Positions 52,321-64,000 of a stretch of 64,000 nucleotides of DNA are shown one piece after another; positions within the stretch are counted from its first letter, which is position 1; each line of letters begins with the position of its first letter. A program made the translations under genes and the position numbers. The notes under the pieces are model-generated. The model was given only the letters and a program-made list of their open reading frames with translations, was not told where the DNA came from and searched no databases. Source of the stretch: Schmidtea polychroa (lineage: Eukaryota); the NCBI GenBank assembly GCA_044892525.1, contig CM097885.1, positions 19,470,001 through 19,534,000 of the forward strand, read 5' to 3'.

Positions 52321-55300
52321 TTCAATCAATAAAAGTTTGAATAAGTTAGCTAGTTTTTAATATTTTCAATGCACGTTTTAACTAATCGATAAACATTTTA
52401 GCCTTCAAATTGTCAAATAAAGAGAAGGGAGCACCACCAAAGAAATATTATTCATCGTTTTAGAACTGAACGCAGGTTTCCATATCTATTTCAAATATCC
52501 TACAACGATGTTTCTTACAACTCTCCTTTTTCTAGAAATGTACCAACCACGTTGCAGGAGTTTTACATGTATACAAATTTAACACTTTTGAAGCCTTTTT
52601 TTAAACTAGTCTTTAAAGTTTTAAAAACTGCTCACAGGTCTTAAAGTAAATATTAATCAAACAATATTTACTTTATCATCTCATAATGGTTAAAACATTG
52701 AGAATGCTGTCAAATCCGTAATTGATTAAAACACTTAAAACTGTATAATGGGAAAAAATGAAATAATACTAATAAAAAGAAAACGAAGATGATTTTAAAT
52801 ATTTATTTAATTCTTACTTTTAAATTCTTTTAAATTCTTACTTTTTGACAACATGAATAACGACATGAGGTCCTCAAGATCCACTTCTAATACTTCATTA
52901 TTATCGATATTAAAATTGGGATCATCAATGTTGTCATCTTCGTAAATGGATCGGCCAAAGTGGTCCAATTGAGTGGTCTACGCGTTCTCCTGAAATAGCG
53001 ATTTCTTTCTCTGAGGCTACCTGAAGGATATATTAAATAGGTAGAATGTATCTGCAATCGAGGATATTTGCGACCGTATCACTACTGTATGGACAGAGAT
53101 ATCCATCAAAACGTGCAAGAATGTATGCAGAAGTGTACTCCAAAGACTAAAGAACTGCCATGATGAAAGTGAAAGTCAAGATAAATAATTCTTTGTATTG
53201 ACAAATGTTTACATCATTATACTATTAAAGAATATATACTATTAAAAAATACATTTAGTCTATTTTATTTTTGAGAAATTTGAAAATAATTGCACACACA
53301 CACTACTTACTAATGTCTCTATAATTGCAACACTATTTATAGTGCTTCTAATTTGATAATAATGAAAGGTTTTATTAGTTTAAAAGTTATTATTGATACA
53401 GATCAATCAGACACATGTATTCTTACTTCTTATAATTGTACACACAAATATTTCAGTATTACTCATCATATATTGAGGTCATAGTGATGGGATTAAGTTA
53501 TTGTTAAAGATTCTTTACAATTAATAATAATAATAATTATTATTATCATTATTATTATTATTATAACTACTGCAAAATTAGTCACTTTGCAACAATTAAA
53601 AGTTTTACTAACGGTAATTATTGTTGAGTAAATCCTAAACTAAAATGCTAATTGTTTTTCTTTCTGAATTACTGAGATTGAAGAGCATTTGACAGAAAGT
53701 CAGTGCTACGAAGATGGTAAAATGTGAGAATAATTTAATCCGCATAAAGTAATGCCAAATGAATAATTTCATTTCTGCCGATCAAGTTAAAAGGAATAGC
53801 ACGTAATTAAATAATTTTTAAAAATTCCGATCAGGCAAATTTTGAAATAATTTCGATGTACTTTTCTCTGATTGTCAAATAAATTTCGATTTTGTTTTTG
53901 TAATTTTGAACACAGTTTATTAAAACTGATTATTTTGAATATGCAAATCAAAATCTCGAGTCTCTATAACCCGTTGGCAATTAGGAAACTGTTTCATGAT
54001 CATGGTGTAATAATTACACAATGACTTTCATTTCGATCTGTTTTTATTTTTTTTCGACATTTCATTTATTTTCATTACAACTATAGATCAATTTTTTTTT
54101 ATATAACACAAAATCGTGGCATTACCTTTTCCAAGTGATCCATAATCATAATGAAAATAAATTAAACGTTGAGAGAAAATTACATAATAACAAGTAAAGA
54201 TTTTATAATGATTGTATAAAAGTAACTTAATTTTTTTTGCAAATATTGTACAATACTTTGTATGATCGATTCGGTTAAACAATAATGTCATAATAATTCT
54301 ATAATAATATTATAACAACCAGTAAAATTACCGTTCGTAGGAAGTTGTAAGAAAATATCAGAGGTTCCATCACTACCAATTGGAAACTTTTTAAATGGTT
54401 ATAACTTACATCGCTTCTCTTTGCTTCTCTTTGCTTCTCTTCTACACTTGGAAATATTTGGAATATAATAACGCATTTCAATTATCTTCAAGTTGCAGAT
54501 TTATAATACTTGTTCCTCTATATGCTTTATTATAATGGTGTTGTGTGCAGTAATTGCGTGTTTATATTTTATGTTTTAATCAAGATTAGTTTTCAGCTAA
54601 ATTAAGTGAATACACTTAATTTATTCCGATCGCCCATAATATTTGTCTTTATTTCAAAGGGTGTGTATATATTTTTATTTATAAATTAATTATCTAAATA
54701 CATAATTCTCTACGTATGTATGTAAATGAGTGATTATGGAATAACGCTTAATTAAAATCACCAAATGGCAAATTTTATTATTACTTTTAATTTTGATCGA
54801 CAACATGGTCTTTTTATTTTAATGTTATCTGAAAATCGACTTTCCTCTATTGAATGATGCATAATTTGTCCAATTTGCACCATTGGTTATTTTTTAACTG
54901 TTACCTAATATTTAATAATACCAAAAATATTGTCATTAAAGAGTTATTTTATTAAAATTAATATGAATTAAACCACATATTGCCATTTTTGAACATACAA
55001 ATCTATGGATAATTTTGTTTTTGGATTGATAACATAATTCCGTCATTTTTGATGGATTATAGCTAGTATCTTATATTTGACTTTAATTAGTAGCTACAGT
55101 AAATTTGTGTGCTTTGGTGTAATAGTTTTAAAACCAATACTTGAAATAATTAGATAAATTATGCATCGTTTAATAAAAAAAGTTTACCACATGTCCCTTG
55201 AACTTTACTCTATGTAATAGGGTTTTAACATTTTTGCTTATTTTTCCAATACTGGGGTCTCTATTTGAATGAATTTTTTTGAATCATTTGTTTAATTAAC

Positions 55301-58300
55301 CTACACAATGTGCTTTCTTGAATCGTAAAACGAAGATACAAAGATATATATATATATATATATAGACTCCTATTAATTTGACAGTCTTATTATAAAAAAT
55401 TCAAATTGTCATTAAAATCTTAAACCACCTTCACCTTTGATCTGTTTTTATTTATAACTTTGTTGATCTTCATTTCATTCGGACTGCAGATCAAGCTTTT
55501 CTTCAGAAAAACAGAACAGAATGAAAATATACAAAATTGTAAATTTAATTTTTGTTAGATTTTATTTCAAAAATAATCCCTTGATCGCAAATATCTTTGG
55601 TCAAAATATACAGGTTTCAGTCATGTGTTTAAGAATACTCAAAGTATCGAAGTTTGAGTAAATTTATATCAAAATTTATACAACATGATAAAAATTATAA
55701 AATTATAAACAAATATTGTAAAGTCTTTTACAAAAATTTATAAATTATGTTTTATAACAAAGTTTCAGGTGATTATAAACTTCAAAGAGGAGATTTTCTC
55801 TCAATTGACTATGAAAATAGTTTCTTTCATCTCAAAAAGAATTTATCGGTAACCGTAATGAGATGAGACTTCACAAAACCTTTGTCACAAAGAAAAGCTT
55901 TTGTGATTTGAAACGGTATTTAACCAACCAAAAAAAAATTATAATTAATTCAGAAATAAAAAAATAATATATTACTATAAAATTATTATTAAAATTAATT
56001 GAAACTTTTAATTTTCTAAAAATAATAAATAATAATAATAATCGCCATTCGTACATCTTTTTCACTATATATTTCGATAGCATCACTATCATCATCAGGT
56101 TACCTACATTCACGACGGATGAATAACTATACTATATTGATAATTTATAAATAATAATAAATATTTAAGTATAGAAATTATGAAATTATATCAAAAAGTA
56201 AAAATCGAATAAAAATTTAAAAATAATTATTAAATTTCAAACATAGATTGGGAAAGAAAATAATTTTTAAAAAGGCCATAAAATTGATAAACAATAGTAG
56301 GGAAACTCTTTCATTGAAATCAAAAAATTTGAGTACTGAATTTTCCCGCATATAACCCACGGGTTTTACATACCCCACGGGGTGTGGGGTAATTATGGGT
56401 GTGGGTTATATCAAACCGATTTTACACGTATTGATTAATTTTTACACAAAAATTAAAATTCCAAGGAGTAATGAGGGTGCCGGTTATCTTCGTATGCGGT
56501 TCATATGCGGGAAAATGAAAGCAAAATTCCAAGGATTTAAAAAGAAATTTGCTTTAGTCACATTATTAGTCTAAGAAATTAAAAAATAACTCTTCTGTCA
56601 TGTCGAATTTATAACATATTTGTTAGAAAGAAAAACTACTTTTATTATATATATTGTTCTATTAATAAAATATATTATACAAATATTTTTATATTAAAAT
56701 TTACTAATAATTTATATTGTAAAAGACCTGCTTGCACGGAATAATGTATATAACACAGGTCTTTGTGGAAACTAACAAATGAGTCATTAACTATTAACTG
56801 ACAAAATATTTGTTTTTTTTTGTTTTTAAATTTTACTTTCCAAATTTGTAAATTATAGAGCTAAAAGTAATTTTTTGTATTCTTAATCGTTTAAAATGAA
56901 ATTCATCACCAACAAAGTTTTCGGCATTTAATTTAAAATATTTATCTGTCATTGTCTCTTCAAAAAAATAAAGTACTCAAACAACTTTTAAACGATTTAA
57001 ACTTTATTTAAAAACTAAATGTCCTTAAATTAACGTTAATAAAACAAGCTAATACCATATTTGTAAAATTATTTACAACTTTTCAAAACTAACCAAAAAT
57101 ATTTAAAAAAACATTTTATTTTAAATAATGTTGAGGTCAGCAAATTAAAATAAATTTAAATAAAATGTAGGTCGAATGAAAAATACAAATAAAAGTGTGG
57201 TCATGCACAGAATTGATAGTAAAGGAAATTATGATGGAAACAGTATTAAGAAATAGCAAAAGCAGTTTCGAAAGGCAAAAATTCGAAAAAATTCAATAAA
57301 TTGTGAATTTATCGAAATTGAATTAATCACGATATGGTTCAAACAATGTTCGAGGAACCGGTTGTCAAACCATTGTCAGATAGAATCAATACGGTCAAAA
57401 ACCAAATAATCAAAGTGACTATTTTAGTATAAAAGCAAAGTCGAAATTCAAAATAATCGGCATTCTGCCTTAGCTAGGGACACGAAGAAACCGAGCTTAA
57501 GGTAATCAGGAAGTTAGGGAAACGAACGGATAGAGTTAGGAAATATTCCAGACGTGAGAAGAAAATTGAATTGAAAGTGGACCAGATCAAATAGTAAAAG
57601 TTCGATTAAAAGGTGAATATTGATAAAGATTTTGACAAAGCATCAGCGCCGAGCGGAGAACCGATTAAACTTGTAAAACTCTGTCGTTGATTGTATCTTT
57701 GGATTTTGAGACATTTTTGTGATTCAAATATACGTTGGGTAGTTTATTGTTTTGCTATTTACGATTAAAGGGACACATGGAGTCAGAGGTTACCGATTTG
57801 AATTAATAAAATCCAACACTAAGTTGTATTTATTAAAAAGCTAGACTATGAATCAGTAAATATATTAAAAACATCGATATATTTATTAATTCATAGTCAA
57901 GCTTTTTAATAAATACAATGTCAATGAAAAAGAAATAAGTGGTGAAATTTTAAAAAAAGTTCTTATAATGTACAACTGAGTTGTTCAATTTTTTAAAATT
58001 TAGTTAATATATTTATGTAATAAAAAGTTTTACCCAATTTTCATATATAACAAATTTTATTTACATTTCAAATATTAAAACAAAAATTTTCACTTAACTT
58101 TAATCTAATCAGAGCCAACAATAAATAATTCATAACATTCATAACAAATGGTAAAATATTTACATAATATGCAGCCAATAAATTAAATGAAATAAATCAG
58201 TTAATTAAAACACTAAATCAAAATTCAATGTTAATAAATCTTGGATAATAAATGTCAATAATTCACATCAAAACAATCACAATACAAATTAATTGTCAAA

Positions 58301-58984
58301 AGTTTACTAATAAATTTAATTACTTTTACAAATTCTGTTGCATTCAAGTGACAATTTACTGAGAATGCAAAATAATCCGTATGCGATATATGAATTTGTG
58401 GCACTGCACAATCGGATTCCGACGCCTCAGTTCTTATATTTAATTTTAAAAAAAATAAAAAAAAATAATAATTTATTATTTTTTCATATTTAATAAATTG
58501 CAATTGGTTAAAATTTATTGTTTATACAAATGCAAAGTTTATCGGAATCTCAACTTGATAATATGTAAATAACAAAGATAACACTGGTTAACAAATCTTT
58601 ATTTAATATAACAAATAACCTTTGGTAAAAATATACAAAATGTTGATGAGTATATTCGTATGTCTACCGCATCAAGGTATACCTGGTTTTATGAAATAGT
58701 ATCATCTATTATATAAAATATCAATAAGTTCATATGATAGAAACATGCAAACTTACATGTGTTTATTTTTAAGATGGCATGGAATAACATTAATAAAGAA
58801 ATCGAAAAAGTAGTAGAAAAAATAAATGTAACACAGAAACACAGCATATATTAATGCTAGAATTTGAGAAAAAAGACAATAAAAATAAAAAGAACAAAAA
58901 CTAAGTAAAAATATATGAAAACATCAAAAATTAAAAACTAACTGTTAAAAATAGTTTTTAAGACTATATCTCACTCTCACCATA

Positions 58985-59425
58985 CAGAAGATTTTGGCTA
59001 AGAGCCCAACCTTACAGATTATTCTTATCTATATATAATAATTCTGTATAATCAGAAACTGCAATGTAATTTTTGTTAGCAAATGTTAACCGACACCGTA
59101 TTCCTCCCTCGTAGAAATTATAAATTATACATATCCATGTCCTGTAAAAGTTCCATGGGTTCTGTTAATGTCATGAGTGCTGAGGTCCATGACATACCCG
59201 GAATACCATAGAAATTTAGAGGTTCAAGACCATTATATGCAATGAACTTAGCCTGTAACTAATTGCTGAAAATAATCTGCAAAGAAGAATACGTCTAATT
59301 TTAGGTAAGTTAACATATAGTAACGCAAAATTAATACAGTTTTGCTGAATCAAAATTAGCTGTGCCTTAGCGTAATCGTCTTCCGTAACATCAAACCAAA
59401 TAGGAGGCAACTCATAAGTAGTCTC
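58985..59425 (-). pseudogene. Third pPolB fragment, same lineage as pPolB A
   Basis: Nucleotide-level similarity to 12570-12975 (ELPPIW, GLEPLNFYGIPGMSW, FYEGGIR, WALSQ). Confidence 0.85.
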
Positions 59426-60251
59426 ATATATTGTTATTGTTATAAGTAACTTAAACGAATAAATAAATAATAATAATTAATTTTTATTATATTATATTAT
59501 TGCATTCTATATTAACCCCATAACCATATAGGTATATGAGGCCACATTGAACAGTCAAAATCAATAGTGTTTTAACACTATCAATTTTCTAGACTCTCAA
59601 TAATTTGCGGGCAAATGCTATCTAACATAGACAGACCAAAAAACGACCCTTAAAACGCATTTTTTTCAGGGAAAATTTGCTTGAAAATATTCTAAAAATT
59701 TTAATACAAATATCCGTATAATTTGGGTGTAGTTTGTTGAATCTAAAATCTCAGATGTTCTATTTTGGAACCGAATTTTACGATGGGAAGCCGATTTCTT
59801 ATGCAATTTTCAGTAGTGCAATGTATAGATGGAATTTAAAGACGAATATATAAATATTAAAAATATAAATGCCTTGCGTCATACGTGCGTTTTTGACGCA
59901 AACTAATATGTTTCTCTTAGATTATGACGTGTAATGCAATTTACAGTATTGCAATGTATAGATGGAATTTAGAATCAAGTATATTTGCATTTTAAAGTTT
60001 TGAAAAATATCAATGCGTTGCGTCATACGGGCGTTTTTGGTTTTGAACACACTGATTCGAACGCATGCAATAAAATTCACGTGAAGGACTTGGAATTTTG
60101 GAAAAAAGGGCGCCCGGGAAAAACCTAATTTATTATATATATCATCGATATCAATTCGTATTTCATCACTTTTTATTATAAAAAAAAGATATAAATATAA
60201 CGTAATACTGAATTCACCTGGAGGGTAGAAATTAAATTGATATTATTATTT

Positions 60252-60300
60252 TTTTATTATTATAATTATTATTATTATTATAATTATAATTATAATTATA

Positions 60301-60348
<48 letters not shown>

Positions 60349-60369
60349 ATTATTATTATAATTATTATA

Positions 60370-60441
<72 letters not shown>
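60252..60441. repeat. (ATT)n / (ATTATA)n microsatellite
   Basis: Visible directly. Confidence 0.97.
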
Positions 60442-60442
<1 letters not shown>

Positions 60443-62499
60443 GCACGTGAAATGATTTCTACGGAATGTTTTTCATGAAATTAAAACAAAAGTTAATTTT
60501 AAAATAACGTAATACATATTTTTTAAAGTTTTTTCATGATGTCTTTTATTTATTAAAAAAACTACAATGACCACTCGACTTTTATTGAAAGTCTATCTTT
60601 TGTTTTTTAATAATAGATTAAACCTAAAATAAATTATTAATTACGATATAGTTATAAATCAAAAATTATGACATGAATGTCACAAGAGAATAAAGTAATT
60701 CATTTTCTCATTAAAATAATTGTTTATATCGAAAGGATTTACATAAGTAAAGACAAATTGATAAATGTTTATATTTCAGTTATTTTCATTTTGACAAAAA
60801 AATAAAATATTAATTTTCTGCAACACAAATTTTTTCCGGCATTTATTTTAACATATTTAAGATAAATATAACTTTTGGTAACACACCCATCCTTTGTTTA
60901 ACAAAAAAATTTTTTATAAAAAATTTCGATTTACAAACAACTTTTCGTGAACGAAATTATTTCGTTAAGCAACGGATGGGTGTATGTTTATTTGAGTTGG
61001 ATTTTACAAATGTAGTGTTAATAAAAAAATTAATAATAAAAATTGTTAGACGCAATTAAATTCAAATCTTCTTCAAGCATTTATTTTTATAACAACTTCA
61101 AAATTGTGCCGTTTACTAGCGTATTTAAACACCGAGGTGTGATAATTATTAATATTAATGTAATTACTGGTCATACATTTAATTGATTTAATTTCATATA
61201 ATTTAATATAACATGATATAATTTAATATAGAATTTAAATATAAAAATTTAACAGAATCAATTATTTCTACTAACTGATCTCACTTCTACCATTTAACCA
61301 TAATAAAACCATAAAAAAAAAATAATAATAATTAAAATTATAATAATGAAGATAATAATAATTACAAGTATAGAAAAATGCAGCTTATTTTAATAAAGTT
61401 TATTTTTAGTTTCAATATCGGTACAATATGCTTTGTGGTTCTGGAATAAAAGGATATGTACAAATTTATTTCTCTTGACAGAACTGGCATTTAGAGAAGC
61501 ATCTCTTGTCGGATCCTTGAAAATAATCAACTTGTCAACACATCATAAAGTGTCATTCAAGCTCAAAAGGTCTTCTATCATTTGGAACGAATTGTTAACT
61601 TTGTGAATTAACAGAAGTTTTGATTTATTCAAAATAACTATATCTTCATTAAATTTCCTTAATGTGATTTTTATGTTGTTATAACATATTGAAGTTATAA
61701 TTTCAGTTTAATAACAGAATTATCTATAAGTGCCATTAGATCGCAGGCTATATAAATGAAACAGAGCTTGGATTATGAAACACAATTTTTAAAGGAAACA
61801 AACGGACTAGAAATGAGAAACGAAAACTCGAGGATAAAACAAATTACGAAATTTTTGGAGAAAACATTGACAGGTCGGAAAAATATTTGAAGCGAATTAT
61901 TAAATTTAATTATCGTGAAAATCTAAAATTTCAAATTAAAACCAGGAAAGCAAATAGTTCGATTCCACAACTTTTCAAAAACTGAAACACCAGTTAAATT
62001 GTTCTGAATTCCAATTTGTATTGCAGACGTGCTTTTCCGCTCGAATGATTACAATAACCACTAAAAGTCACTGTTGTAATATCGAATAATTTTGTATTGT
62101 TGTAAATTGATAATTAATTATGCTGACCAATAAAAGTTTATATTGTCTGGAATTTGTTATTGTTGTCAATTACACCCGTTTGTACTGAATAAACGCATCT
62201 ATAATATGGGTTGGTGTTTACAACCAATTATAGATGCGTCATTATTTGTGATGGGATAGTTAATTTAACATGTATTCAGTTTATACATATTTTATACAGG
62301 CTTTGTTTTCATTCCTTTATTAGTATTACTTATGGAATTTTTGTTCAATACCAATTATGTTGGCGATTTATTTCTACCTGATATGCCAAATGTAATCTTG
62401 AAAGAAATGTGGGGTTATCGAGATATCAATTCTTTAGACGTCATTGAAATTGTTATTAAAGTTCCTGACTAAACCTTAGTTAATATGAAAAGTCGTTCG

Positions 62500-63560
62500 G
62501 AAAATCGTATTGTTTCCACCTCTTTATTAAATTCAAATTTCCTATATGGATTTAATGTAGATTATTTGAATAAGTTTCGACATTATTTCACAACAATCAA
62601 AGGCTTGCTGTCAAACCGATTATAAAAGCAACTATAAACAGTATATCCATGGTTTCAAATATCCCATTAGGGATTCATTTTGTTGAAGATATATTTCTAT
62701 GGAAATGATTAAAAATTGAAGGGACTTCTAATTCAAATTTATTGAATGATTTTGATCTTACATTTCTCGACAATGATCCAGATGTTTTATCAATGATCTA
62801 TTCGGATATAAATATTCTTTTTCGCATTTCGTTTCATTGGAAATATTTTTTGAATCGTCATTCAGATATTGAAAAATGCTTATCAGTCATGAAGGACCAA
62901 ACCACAACATGTATTTCAGATTTTGGTGTATTTAGCCATTTTAACAATTTGTATATGGCCTTTAAGTAATTTATTTTATTTAAAGTAAACTTTAATGCTT
63001 GGATTTTGATCCATATAGATATGAGACCATTATTCAAACTCATAAATACTACTTTTAAATCAACAATTTTCATTATAAGTTATTCTTATTAATTTTTCAG
63101 GATTTTTAGATGTTTATTAATAAAAATTTGGAATTATTTCAATATAATGTGAGTTTTATTATTTTTTAAGTAATTAAGTAACAAATCGAATTTATTAATC
63201 CCCAAAAATATCTATTATTTTAAAGCATTTAGGGAAATCAAACTATTTTTCAAAAATCTGCAAATTGTTGCTTTTGAAGCAATACAATTTTATTGCATCA
63301 TGTAATTGCACATTTCTTAAAATGATGCATAGAAGTTTTCCACGTAATCTTGTAATTGATTTCCCTGTATTTCGGAAATTTTTTGATTGCTGCCACCTCG
63401 TCTTCCTGTGGATATTTCTCCAAAATTTTTATATTTATAATTTATATTTCTGATTAATTCTTTGTGAATTCCTAATAATCGCCCGATATTATAATAATCT
63501 TCCCCATTTTCCATTGCATTGACTAATCTGATATTGTCAAGTTCTGAAATTATATTAATT
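62500..63560 (-). pseudogene. Decayed Tc1/IS630-like transposase
   Basis: HTH IGRLLGIHKELIRNINYKYKNFGEISTGRRGG..SKATICRFLK and a degenerate (Y)STLNP motif near 62550. TIRs not identified. Confidence 0.5.
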
Positions 63561-64000
63561 TTTAAATTTAGGTTAATAAAATTTACGGATTTCTAGTTTT
63601 TCTCTAAACATCAACATCAGCAAATTTGAAATTGCAGGGTAAGGTAAAATACTAAAAAACTATTAAATTTATTAAAAATTTAAGATAAATCTTAAGAAAT
63701 AATGTCTTCATCATCTATACAACTCAAAGAGTTTTCGGAATTTTTGTTAAAATTTTTTCTGTCATTTTTTTAAAAAAAATTCTAAAAATGTCTGTAAATG
63801 ATTTATTATAATGCGTTTATTCATTACAACGATATATCGAAATTTTGCATGCATTTTTTACTATGTGTTGTGTTTGTATGTGTCAGTTTATTTTTTCTAC
63901 TACTTTCTCACTTTCTATATTAAATGCGTTTATTCATTGCAACGCTAAATATCAACACACAGATAAGTTTGTATGTTTATATAATATACACATATTGATT

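Noticed and set aside
52860..53170. GC-richer, possibly coding block (also 44450-45830 and 57180-57800)
   Set aside because: No intact frame or recognisable motif; cannot be assigned without a search.
59510..60236. piggyBac-like end (TTAA-CCCC) and a ~135-bp internal duplication
   Set aside because: No matching opposite TIR or transposase found.
61420..61560. Cys-rich minus-strand fragment (CFSKCQFC)
   Set aside because: Too short and interrupted to assign.

Overview
Very AT-rich, (ATT)n-rich eukaryotic DNA with tiny 37-52 nt GT-AG introns (planarian-like by inference), made almost entirely of nested, mostly decayed mobile elements. (1) 1-6731: right part of a Polinton/Maverick (adintovirus-like) with pX-like, integrase, penton, pVI-like, hexon, adenain protease and an intron-rich acidic gene, then subterminal repeats and the terminus. 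(2) 8511-10889: Buster/Charlie-type hAT. (3) 12347-44138: a second Polinton, defined by matching termini and a 5/6-matching 6-bp TSD. It carries two divergent pPolB genes (one intronless, one with three introns), hexon/protease remnants and a spliced Bcl-2-like gene. (4) Inserted into one of those pPolBs, a young 21-kb LTR element (14048-35057; ~5-kb LTRs, ATAG TSD, tRNA-Pro PBS) with no recognisable pol. It encodes a Gag fused to a Cys-rich membrane protein, an IAP-type RING remnant and a leader with covarying RNA structures. (5) 48390-50336: a second hAT, then smaller pPolB, Gypsy and Tc1/IS630-like remnants. No host gene could be supported. All calls come from reading the sequence; no database searches were run.
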